Below the pieces are notes generated by a model. It searched no databases and was not told the origin of the DNA. It worked only from the letters and a program-made list of their open reading frames with translations. Position numbers and translations under genes: made by a program. This document shows, piece after piece, positions 39,625-50,973 of a DNA stretch of 64,000 bases; the first letter of the stretch is position 1, and every line of letters starts with the position of its first letter. The stretch comes from Paecilomyces variotii. Taxonomy: Eukaryota. The DNA lies in NCBI GenBank assembly GCA_004022145.1, contig RCNU01000002.1, one strand, 5' to 3'.

Positions 39625-39980
39625 AGATTAATTAAAATTAATAGCCTGTATTTGCTTAATTTTAATATAGATCTAATAGTTATTTATATAGTCTCGCGGG
39701 GCGGTATAATAGTAATTTATAACTAAGCTATTTTAATAGTAATTAAACTTTATTAATAAAACTAATAATATTTAGTATAAAATACAGCAATTACAATCTT
39801 ACCACCCTGCAAGATAAGATTTACCTGTACTTACCACCCCGCGAGATTTAAAAATTTTAGATTTTAATCTTTATTAGTATATATTAGTATAATTTTAATA
39901 TAAAATAGTAATTTACTAGTAATCTACTGGTAACAAAAACCTCGCCACCTCGCGAGACGCCACCTCGCGACCTCGCGACC
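39625..39980 (-). repeat. Right TIR of MULE-like element
   Basis: Inverted copy of 30858-31213. Confidence 0.95.
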
Positions 39981-42081
39981 CATATAACCATACTAGACTG
40001 TAACGCCAGCCGTACGGCTCCGTGACGAAGCCATACATACACTACACCCTTGTCCCCTCTTCGCACACCAGACGCATATCTATGGATAGGAGGTTGGGGG
40101 ATTTTGATGCAGAGACATAGTTACATCTTGTCACTATTTCGTTTAGCAAGTTTTCTGCTCACATTATTCAAACTGATATCCTAGAGGCCATTTGAAGAGT
40201 CTATCCTTAGATTTAGTGTCGTGTCGTTTAAATAACCATACTATTTCCTTGCGTTGCAACCTGTGTAGCTGATCGTCCGGGATTCAACAATTATTGATTG
40301 TCTATTCTCCTGTAGGATTTACTAGCTATCTAGAAATTGGTCCGAAGTATATTAATGACAGTCAGGTTTATTACCATTATCTGAAACCCTATATTGGAAT
40401 ATTATCCCCATAAACCAAACCAAGCCTGTGTCCTCTCTAATCTACCCTTGACTATATAGGAGCTCTTGCAGTGTTCATTTAACTACCATTGGCTAATTGG
40501 TTTCTGTTTCCAGAGAATATGTAGGTCTCACTGACCTAGCTCAGCCTACCGGATCTGAGGCTCGAAATAGGATCTACTGTTATTGTTCCTATAGAGTTTT
40601 ATTATCTTTACCTGAGACGTTTTTATTGTACACGTAAGCAGTAATATTGTACATATGGAAGTATGTAAAATCCCAATACGAATCATGCCGAACTGTTTGC
40701 GGTGTCATGTCAGCGGAACATCGAAAGACTGTGTAAAGCTACTGAGCGAGAAAATATCGAGATACAGGATAGTACGCAGTGCCGGAGGTGGAAGACGAGC
40801 TAGGTCGAGGATATACCATGTCTATTTCGTATCATCTAAATCGTAGAAGTGCTCTCTGGAAGAATTATTTAATTGTCCTTGAATTATTGTGCCCTATTAG
40901 AGCTCTTAAATGCAGTCTCCTATTTGCTCACGTGTTTTCCATACTCTTGCTATCCCAGTACAGTGCTTGAATTATCTTTATTCCTACTTGTGGGATCGAG
41001 CTGGTTTATGATATCCCACAAGGGACGCGGTCATGGCCTGAGAAATCTTTTCCAATTGATTTGAAAAATGGTTTAGATTTAAAGTAAACAGCACCTGGGT
41101 AGTAAGACACAGATACAGTTGAGTCTGCAAACATATGTAACCCCAATAGATTGTATTGAATGAAAGATGCATAATAGCAGAAATCCCCACGGCGATAGCA
41201 CATAAAGTGCAAGAACAAAGGTAACTATTGCAGACCCCTGTTTCAGAATAACAACAATACACTCCCAATAACCCAGCCACCCTCCTTTCAGTGAATAAGG
41301 GTCTACAGATGCACTTAGATTTTTTCACTGAAGACAGTATATGTTATACATGAGAGAAATCTACACATCTGCACTCTGAGAAACTATAGCAGTAGAGCAG
41401 CATTGTATAGCATATGGTGGTATATAGAGTTCCCCCAGCTAGTAAAAGTGATATAGCTTTATATTCGCACGCTTTTCTGGCAAGATACGCCCAGATCTAT
41501 CTATTTGAGTTGAACAGACCTGCAGGTCTCTATAGATATTAAAACTAAGATATTTCCCGAGATGAAATAGTATAAGCACAACAAATCTGTTTCGTATTGT
41601 ACGCGGACATAATATGACAGCAGTCCGCTAGATGAAGACACTGTCAGAATCATAAGACAGTTCTCCAGAGCCCTTTTTTAAACTTCATCAGAGGTGGCTG
41701 GGCCCATTGATATGGTCAATTGGAGTGGCGATTTGCCATTGATGAGCTCCCAGCCCCAAAACCCGTCTTGCAGAGCAGGTACTTGGAGGACGCCCGGTCG
41801 AATTCACTAACCTCACGAACCTCACAGTATGACCTGGCCTGCTTTGCTGAACTCATTACCTCGAGACATCATTTGAATCAAGTTCTCTTCCTTTTTCTGT
41901 CTGCACTTTCTCTTCTATCTCCTTGTCAGCAAACCTGAAAGAGCAATCTCCGCGGCAAAAGTAGGTCCCCAAGCCCCTTTTACACTTTGTATCGTGCCAT
42001 TGACGTACCGGAAGATAAGATTCCAGTCTCAATTCCAATCTAAATCGAGAATACAGAGCCGCAATTCAAAAGCAAATCAAC

Positions 42082-42708
42082 ATGCAGATCAACCAGCGTC
42101 TCCTAGCTAGCCGCCTTGGTCAAGGCTGGGGTCTGTCCGAGGCCGAAAAGTATCGCAGCGACCTCGGCCCATTCGTCATTCCTTTCCCAAAGGACACCAC
42201 TGCGATGGAGCGCCCCTTTGGCATAACCCTAACCGGACATCGTGCCCTCGACTTCCAGCGTGTCCATATCAGAATCGCAGCAGTCCAGGCCGGTCTTGCT
42301 GTAGACGTCAAAAACGGAGGGATTATCATATCTTCAAGACCTCCTCTCACAGGCCTTCAGTTTGGGATCATGCGGTTCGCGAATAAGCTGGAGGCCTTCG
42401 GGTATAGAATGCGGTCCGAAGAGGGAATGAAACTTTGTCCCTTGTACACGCCATGGGGTTTTCGCAAAGACGACTGGTCGCATGCGCTTAGGATTCAGGA
42501 ATTGATCGACAGGACTGCTACGAAGGGAACAGAGGCAGATACTACTACAGAAGGTGATGGAAAAGGCATCTCTAAGAAGCAGCAGAAACGAGATGCCGAT
42601 GATATAGAAGAGCTCGTTAACTTCAGTGACTGGCTTGAAGATTGGGTTCTTGAGAGTGACTTGATGGAGGACTCCTACTATGAAGAGACTACGGAATCAG
42701 AGATCTGA
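42082..42708 (+). CDS. Hypothetical protein (possibly the last exon of a larger or damaged gene)
   Basis: 208-codon ATG ORF with plausible composition and an acidic tail. The frame stays open back to an AG at 42018-42019. No family recognised. Confidence 0.45.
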   Translation: MQINQRLLASRLGQGWGLSEAEKYRSDLGPFVIPFPKDTTAMERPFGITLTGHRALDFQRVHIRIAAVQAGLAVDVKNGGIIISSRPPLTGLQFGIMRFANKLEAFGYRMRSEEGMKLCPLYTPWGFRKDDWSHALRIQELIDRTATKGTEADTTTEGDGKGISKKQQKRDADDIEELVNFSDWLEDWVLESDLMEDSYYEETTESEI

Positions 42709-42892
42709 ATATGATCACAGTGATGGCTGGTTCATTGGAGTTCAGGGATGTCACTCAGGCGTTTGTCGGTTGGTTGTTAGCGGGAAGATACCCCCTTGGG
42801 TTACAATATGCTAGGAAGGATGAATCCTACCATTTGACATGGTGATGATAGCATGCTTTGGTTCATTATCACAATCAACGTTTTTTAACAAA

Positions 42893-44025
42893 TTATACTT
42901 TGATCCTGCGGCTTATCTGTTCTGTTCCTGCAGACTTGTCAAAATCAACACTACTATATAGTGCTACTCTCCGTCCCAGCGCTCGTCGGATGATCCAATC
43001 CTTGCTGTTTATATCTTCCTCCACTACATCAGAAGGGAGAGGAGGAATACGATCGCTGCCATTTAGTCGTTTGAGAGGTACATTATCTTCAGGTCGTGCG
43101 AAATAGACAAGACTGTATCTGGTTATATCCGCCTGCTGTCCAGGTGGAGCGACCACGCGATGGATATTGGAGCGGAGGAGCCCATTTGTGAACTTGACCA
43201 TAGCATCTCCAAGGTTTATGATTGCGTGCCCGGGAAGAGGCCGCACGTAGCACCACTCCGCATCTTCCCCAGGCGGGAGAATCTGGAGCCCACCAAGACG
43301 GTTGAACAGCACGGTGACGCTTCCAAAGTCGGTATGTTCTCCCAGGGCTGTGCGCCTGTCATCCATGGGCTGTGGAGGGGCCTTTATGAAACGAACTTGG
43401 TCACCACTGACACCGGTGAGACGATGCAGATTGGACAAGGTCGATGGTGGCAGTCCGAGATGTTCATTGAGAAGGTCCAGAACCAGGGTCACTATTGAAT
43501 GGGCGTTCTCCATAAACGACTTGATAGGATCACGGTTCTCCCGCAATATTTCAGGTGCTGGAAGCGGTTTTGAGACCCCCATAATGTCATCCTTCGAGAC
43601 CTGTGGCTATCATTAGAAAAGATCGAACAAGCAGTCTAAAACGAAGTAGATCAACTCACATTGTAGAATTCATTTCTGTCCACATTTCCTTGTCGGTCGA
43701 CAACAGCAGCTCCTTGTCCCTTATATCCAAAGTAGGAATTTTCCTTGCTGAAGTCATACTTCTGTTTTTCCTCCAGGTCTAGCTCGAACAATTGTTCGCC
43801 GACCTTGAACAGCCTATCGGCATCCTGTAGGATACTTTCCCCACGCTGCGAATCTCGAAAGTCCAGATAGAAGAAACCTATTTCCTCACAAGCCTCGCTG
43901 AAGCGCTTGATTTCTCCACTGTCACGCTGTAGCAGCTTTTCTAGTGATAGACGAAGAAGAGGAGCAGTTGGCACGTCGTCGGGAAATGGAGGCAACCCAT
44001 CAAATTTCTCTGCAGAAGCCATCAT
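42893..44025 (-). CDS. 2-oxoglutarate/Fe(II)-dependent dioxygenase
   Basis: DIOX_N region ACEEIGFFYL. Intron 43601-43659. HTD...H facial triad (EHTDFG, SNIHRV) and RYS 2OG-binding motif. Confidence 0.93.
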
Positions 44026-45403
44026 GTACAATTATAGAAGGTAGAATACTTTCATTCGAGGTCAGTCGCTAACACTATGAATTAGACTAAGATTCCTGAA
44101 TGTAGCTTACTTGATATACTTCATGCGGGGTCGGTGTTCGGACCGAGGGGGAATGACCACATATCCCGGGGAACTTGGGGTAATACGACGGAATTTTACC
44201 CGGTTGCGCAGGCTCTCTGTATGCGTCTTCTTATTTCGATCTCCGCATTACGTTTCGCCTCTCTTGTTCATTCAAAGTTCGGTGTTCTCCCCGATCAATC
44301 TTCTGACGTGCCTCTATAGGCACTGTACAAGAGTTCTTACGATGATCTAAGCGCCAGAACACCATTGGTGGCGGTTGAGTACGACCATGAGTGTCCAATT
44401 TACCACGACGTGGATGATCAATTGAGAAATAACGCTTTAAGAGATGTCGGGAGCCGACATCGAGTGGAAATATCTGGAGACACTGGCAGAGAACAAGTAA
44501 CAATATCTGCTTTCTCATCAGACCTCAGTAGGATATTGAAATAGCTCAAATTAAACGGCATTGGAGAGCGTGTTATGGTATGGTATTCACGGGGAGGATT
44601 AAGTGTGGCTTATGCTACTTTCATACTTTAGAAAATAATTCTCGAATATCCCTGTCGTGACTGACTGCAGAATCATCCTTCTCGTCGTCTTGCAGCTCGT
44701 TCAGTTCTACCGCCGCACGCATACTCCGTTATAAAGGGTAGATTATACTACAGTGTTGATGCAAATGGTTGGATGTATTCGATAGTCACTCAGTTCAAGA
44801 AAAACATCACGCATATAGTGTCCAATTGAAGATGCAGACCCCAATAAAAGGTTCATTTCAGGATTTATGATATTTCCCCCATGTGTAGGATATGCAATTG
44901 AGGAGGCTATTGGCAGTGGCATTCATTATAAATGTGCTCATCTGCCAGATCCTTATTTGTTAAATGTCCTCGCAGGTCTACAAATATAGTATTCACATAG
45001 CGAATCCAACATTTCAGCTTTTATGCTGGAATAGTGGACCAAAGCCAAATTTAAGTTTCGAGTCGATATGAGAGTCACCAATTATACTGTGTCAGATACT
45101 CTCCCAATATTGTTTCTCCCCTATATGTCTTCATTTTGCCTTGTTATCGTGTTGCGCTCTAACACGAGCCAAATCCAGCAGATTTACCGTCGCAAGAAAA
45201 CCTTGCATACTTATAGAGAGTTTAGTCTATGACGAAACCAAACTTCAATTATTACACGTAAGCAACCTTATGTTTTAGAAATCATACCTCGCAGACACTC
45301 AACAAAAGACCCCCGAAGATATACCAATACACTCATGCTGAAACTAAACAATCCGATTGAGCAAATCCAAGAATTCAAAAAATTCGCCACTAAGGCCAAC
45401 AAT

Positions 45404-45475
45404 GCCCGCATAACTCAGTGGTAGAGTGCTTCACTCGTAATGAAGAAGTCGACGGTTCGATCCCGTCTGTGGGCA
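45404..45475 (+). tRNA. tRNA-Thr(CGT), intronless
   Basis: Acceptor stem GCCCGCA/TGTGGGC, D arm ACTC/GAGT, anticodon arm CTTCA-CT CGT AA-TGAAG, T arm GACGG-TTCGATC-CCGTC. Confidence 0.96.
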
Positions 45476-45481
45476 TTTTTT
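45476..45481 (+). terminator. Pol III oligo-T terminator
   Basis: T6 directly after the tRNA discriminator base. Confidence 0.85.
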
Positions 45482-46274
45482 GCCATCTGAGATGTCTGAA
45501 TCAAGTGGAGATTCATTTTGGTGGCTGGACGCCAAACTTGAAGCTCTTTTTTTTAAGCGGGAATTATCGATCACGTGGTGTGGCTAGAGTAGAGGCCCTT
45601 TCCAGAAGAAGTCGAGTATGTAGATAATTACTTATCGACCAGATTTTGTATATAGTGAATATGGACTCTTAGAGTGACCCATCACCTTTTACATTTAGTT
45701 GATTATTGTGAATATACTATGCTCTTTTATCCAGCAAGGAAAGCAAACAAAGGCGCTCTGGAACGGTATATAGTAACCACAGCAGCAATAATAGTGGGCT
45801 AGGAAGCGCATTTATTCCTCTGTTCAGGTGAGCTACTTTTTAATCGTATTTAGTTATTGTTCCAAGATTCACAAGGCACAATTCGTCGTTGTATAAACAG
45901 CATGCGGTGAACATTGTACAAGAGATACTGTTGCCGTACACAACTTACATCCATGTGGACATCCCCAGTAATGTGATCTCCTGTGGTGACAGTGACTTGG
46001 CAAATTCTGCGGAGAATTGAAGTCCTCTATATGCCAGTTAATGGACAAGCTGCTGGAGTTTCCTCCATAGAGTGGAAGTACTCGAAACGTTCCTGCGCGA
46101 TTAGACCAGAGACGGTTGAGATTCTAATGCCATTGCTCATTTGCAGTGCTTCGCACTTCGGCATATTATGGGACCTAGCTCGTCGTACATCGTTGATGCG
46201 CCCGCTTGCCCATTTCGTAAGGATAACTGAACACGTATGATAATGAACACCAAGATGAAGGTATATTATATCTT

Positions 46275-46969
46275 CTAGTCGGATCCAGCCAACTTAGACT
46301 CGATTGCGATAATGTCGGATTCACTTTCGATCTCGATAACCCTGTTGACTTCGGCAGTGTTGCGCATCAGTTCGACAGCGCCGGCGTACATCATTCGCTG
46401 TGATGGGTTGCAGTTTTCGGGGAGATAGTAGAGGAGAACGTAGGGGACGGTGAGACGGCCGGAAGCCTAGATGGGTCGTTAGTGGCTTTTACTGATCGAT
46501 CCTGGGGAGGTTAGGAATACTGACCAGAGTTAGAGGATAGCTGAGGAGGATAAAACGCGGGGACGAGTCGGGGACCTCATCCGCCAAATCCTCCATCTTA
46601 TTGTAAACCTGGCCATCTTCAGGTCGAATCTCCTGGCTCTTCGTATCGATCAGATCTATAGTGGGAGATTAACCGTTGACTCTGGTTATCATTCTGTTCG
46701 CTGAGGAAGTGCGCTGTCTACCAGCGGTGTGCGGGGTCGTGCTGCTGAAACACAGCGTAGACAGACAGGCTGAAACGAAACGGAAGGAAAGGAAGAGGAA
46801 GTACAGATGATGGCCTGAGGGTCCTTTGCTCTTGAAGTGCCCAGGCGAAACTTGCGCAGCTTCTCCTTCGTCTCCGGGGAGAACGAGTACAGTCGTGAAT
46901 CGGACTGGCGGGTTAATGTTAGCCTCCCCTCACATCAGGCTAGACCTCAGGTAGAACCTCGCTCACCAT
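46275..46969 (-). CDS. GMF: Glia maturation factor (ADF-H family, yeast Aim7-like)
   Basis: Not in the ORF track. Exon 1 is the ATG only; introns 46905-46966, 46656-46804 and 46467-46524. Spliced protein MSDSRLYSFSPETKEKLRKFRLGTSRAKDPQAIIY...LADEVPDSSPRFILLSYPLTL.SGRLTVPYVLLYYLP...RMMYAGAVELMR. Confidence 0.92.
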
Positions 46970-47242
46970 GTTTGGAATAGAAAAAAAGAAATTTCTCAAG
47001 CAAATAGTGAGACTACGAAAGGTACTGGGTATCAAGAAAAACAGAGCGTGTTGCGTATAGAGAAACCACCGGAGTCCAAAAAGTCGTTGTCTGCCTTGGC
47101 CCCTCTGACGGTCGTCTGCTCTGCTACGCTGTTCGTCTCTGCCCACCCCACTCGCTCTTAGAGTAATTTCCAACAGACTTCATTTCCCCCGCTGCGCTCT
47201 CTACCCCGACATCTTCCTACAGATCATCCATCCACCGTGTCC

Positions 47243-48522
47243 ATGTTTGGCCGCGTAAATCAGCTACTCCGACACCTCTCGCGTCCCTTGCCAAATTACG
47301 CCCATACTTCTGCTGGCTCGTCCGTCCTGAGCAGGAACCAGAGCCCTTACGCGATGACATCATCCGTCGTTCCTCTCAAACCAAAGCCGATACACACGGC
47401 AGCATGTCTGATTATCGGTGATGAAGTGCTGGGTGGTAAGGTGTGCAACCATTTCAACGGAGAAATCCGCCAGTCCCTTCCAATGCTCTCAATGCTTTTT
47501 GCATGCGGCTATCACCGGGAATGTCCCCATGTTCGGAACGCGGCCTTCGACGGAGAGAGCTTTCATTGAATGTGGCCATGCTAATGGGCTTCTTTAGACT
47601 GTTGACACGAACTCTCCCTACTTTGCCAAGTTCTGCTTCTCTCTTGGTATACAATTGAAGCGAGTGGAGGTCATCGCGGACGATGAGGACGAGATCATAG
47701 AAGCCGTCCGACGCATGAGTGACCGTTACGACTTTGTCGTGACTAGCGGAGGAATTGGCCCAACGTCAGTGCCAGTAGCTTCCATTATTCTTGACACCCC
47801 AGATTATCTTCATATTCACTCTAAAAATAAAACCACTTCTTGCTCCCCTGCGTCGACGTCGAGGATGATAGCTAATCTACGTTGAGATCAAAAGGCACGA
47901 TGACATTACATATCAATCGATAGCCAAGGCATTCGGGCTCAAGCTGAAGCTGCACAAAGAGGCCTTCGAGCGGATGAAGAGACTATCCAAGCCGCATCCC
48001 CTGCAGCCCAACTTCGACTGGGAGACGCCATCCCCGGGTTTGACAGCCAAGCTCCGCATGGTCGAGCTCCCTCACGATGAGAACCGACCAGAGCAGGACC
48101 AGGCCGTGTTCGTCGCGGAGGACACGTGGGTGCCAATTGCCGTTGTCAATGGTAACGTGCACATTCTTCCCGGTATCCCTAGGATCTTTGAACGACTGCT
48201 GGAGCACCTGAAGCCCCTGCTTCTGCCCAGGTTGACAAACCCAGAAGGGGAGGGAATCTACCGCTACCTGTTCAGCACGCCTCTTCCAGAGAGCGCCGTG
48301 GCGCCGTATCTGACAGATCTTGCAACACGAGCATTGCCGCACGGTGTCAAGGTCGGCAGTTACCCGCGGTGGGGTAAGAAGCGCAACACTGTCACTCTGG
48401 TAGGAACCGACAAGGCGTATATGGATTCTCTGATCCGCGAGGTAGAGGAGAATGTCAAGGGCCGCAAAGTCGACAGAGAAGACGAGGATGACCCACCATC
48501 AGACACTGAGGAGAGCAAATAA
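47243..48522 (+). CDS. Molybdopterin-binding (MoCF/CinA-like) domain protein, yeast YMR178W/FAD diphosphatase-like
   Basis: TAACLIIGDEVLGGK|TVDTNS, VTSGGIGPT|HDDITY, ILPGIP and VKVGSYP. Introns 47441-47597 and ~47766-47895. Confidence 0.88.
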
Positions 48523-50094
48523 GTATCTTCTTGCTATTGCCATTGCCTAAATACCCAGATGGATATACCATAGCAAGAGTTGTTATGTACATCAGAAAAA
48601 GACCGGAGAACAATAACTATATATAAAGCATAAACCAATCGTATTCCTCGGTCCGAATACGCAGTATAACGCCAGACTAGGCTACGATCTCATACTAATA
48701 GCATAACCTTCTTTTCTAGATTCTCTTCCCTTCGCCGTCCCCACGCCGTCCTTACACGGAATGAAAAAAAGAAAAAGCACAAGAGAGCAAGGGGGGCTTC
48801 ATATTATGAGTAGTCAAAATATTCATCAACGGACAATGCAAGTGCTGGACAATGCAAGGAACAAACATTTCCGTCTGGCAGGCAGGCAGGCAGAGGTTCT
48901 GCCTCTTGACTGGTATTGGCCGCGGGGCCAGTTTCCGTATCACATTCCACAGCTGCGGATCGTAAAGAAAAACACCATAAGCCATTTGATCGACAGTGAG
49001 AGAGGAGAGGGAGAAGAAAAGACGTAGAGTAAACAAAGTTTTCTCTTTTTACTTTTTCTTGGATTTTAGTGTCGTGACGTGTGGTAATAATCAAACGAGG
49101 AAGTAGAAATTAACTAGCTGAAGTAGAGTATACTCTAGCTCTCATGCTGTGGTTGTGGATGCATATTACCATGTAATCACATGAGGGACCTACTTTCGGA
49201 TCGTCGCTAGATGCTATACTTCTTCATCCCGTTGGATACGCTAATATGTACGTACTATGCTCCAGTGTGGTTGATTGGCAGATCACCGGTCTATCTACAT
49301 GCAGAGCTTGCGCTGGAAACCTGCCATCCTGGGGGCTTTCAACAAGGGAATGGATACATGGTACCTATCACAAGAATGGAAGACATAACGAGAAATTCAA
49401 CAATTATACCGCTTTGACCGGCTAAACCATAGGGTGGCTATTCTTCGTACAAATCTGGCTATCTGCCTTCAAATCAAATTTCCCTAAACTACCCGTATGC
49501 ATGGATGGATCTCATTGGAAACAAGGAGAGCGCAGAGAGAAGAAAAGAAAAGAAAAGAAAAGGACAGGTGAGAAGCGAAATCTGAACCACGGAGAATAAA
49601 GTAAGGAAAGCGCGGGGGGATATCGGAGTTGTAATAACAAGGAGATCGGTCGATGTACGCAATAGGGTGACAGGCATGATAAACAAAATGTGATAAAAAA
49701 AATATGTAGTTCGAGGAGGAAAAAGGGATGTTAGATGGCCGGCGAAAATCTCAGCAAGTGTCAACCAATATCACAGATAGGTGCGGTGCGGCCGCGTAGA
49801 CATCCCAATCCTCGCTCTTCAAGAAGGGAAAATCAATTCCACACGGAGCTCTTTTCGGTGCAACCGGAGGAATGAAAGGTGAATAGAACATTCGTGCGGA
49901 CGATGACAGCATTAAAAGACCAGCAGACATCATCCCAAAGACAGCCTCATGTCTCAAATGTCCAGCCAAATGCACCGACCGGCCATTAGTTTTGTAATAC
50001 CCAGGTAATCGCATATTCCTGGTCCCGGTCCTGGTTTTCTTTTTTTCTTTCTCGAATTGCGCTCTTTGTAAACCGAACCCAACGCCCACGCAAT

Positions 50095-50973
50095 TTACAT
50101 AATAATGCACTTTCCACAGCAACCGGCGCTCTCGCCGGGCTCGTTCATGTCCATCTTGCCCTCGGGGGCACGAGCACCGGCACCGGCACCACCACCGGAG
50201 TAAGAAGACATCTCTTTGTTGTAGCGGCGAATCTCACGGACAAGGTCATAGAACGCATTCTCGACGTTAATGCGTGACTTGGCTGACGTCTCGATGAACT
50301 TGCAACCGAATTGGTTTGCAAGAGCCTCACCCTCTGTTTGTGAGCGATGTTGATTAGCAGAGGTTCAACGAGTCGAGCCTGGGTCTCACTGGAGGCTAGG
50401 AACATACCTTGTTGCGTGACCACTCTATCCTTCTCCAGATCGCACTTGTTACCCACAACGATGATGGGGAAGTAGTCCTTGTCCTTGACCCGCAGAATCT
50501 GTTGCTGGAAGGTCATGATCTCCTCAAACGACTGGCGCGAGGTGATGGAATAGATGAGAAGGAAACCCTCGCCCGTCCGCATGTACTGTTCTCGCATTGC
50601 CGAGTATTCCTCCTGTCCGGCCGTATCCAGAACATCCAACAGGGCGACCTCATCGTCAACGACGCACTGCTTGCGGTAGGAGTCTGCCAGAGAAAGTCTG
50701 ATGAGTCAAAGGATCTAACGTCGCTCGCGGTCGGGTCTTTCCCACCTTCAATTGTCGGATCATATTCATCGACGAAATGACTCTGGATTAATTGGATTGT
50801 CAAGCATGACTTTCCGACACCACCTCCACCGACAACAACCAATTTGTATTCTCGTAAAAACTAGAGTCGGGCAAAAGTAGGATGTCAGTGATGCGAGTCC
50901 CATTTGCCGGGAAGGACCAGGGCATTCCGCCCCCAAGGGATTGGATAGGCCATCGACGTACCTTCGAAGCCAT
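50095..50973 (-). CDS. rasA: Ras small GTPase (RasA/Ras1 type)
   Basis: [48 protein letters not shown] and C-terminal CCGKCIIM (palmitoylation Cys plus CAAX). Multiple introns. Confidence 0.96.

Larger units (their letters stand above)
30849..39989 (+). mobile_element. RIP-inactivated Mutator-like (MULE) DNA transposon, ~9.1 kb
   Basis: TIRs 30858-31213 and 39625-39980. The 9-bp direct repeat ATACTAGAC at 30840-30848 and 39990-39998 sits 9 bp outside each TIR. Abrupt switch to AT/TpA-rich sequence, with relic transposase motifs inside. Confidence 0.88.

Noticed and set aside
30900-39930. AT-rich block as centromere, mitochondrial insertion or foreign DNA
   Set aside because: It is bounded exactly by TIRs and a TSD, is TpA-rich and contains transposase relics, so a RIPped transposon explains it.
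25300-42000. Starship or other giant mobile element spanning the accessory zone
   Set aside because: No tyrosine-recombinase captain or typical cargo genes recognised in the window.
42224-42234. TAACCCTAACC as a telomerase RNA template or telomere seed
   Set aside because: Single 11-mer inside a plausible ORF, with no other supporting structure seen.
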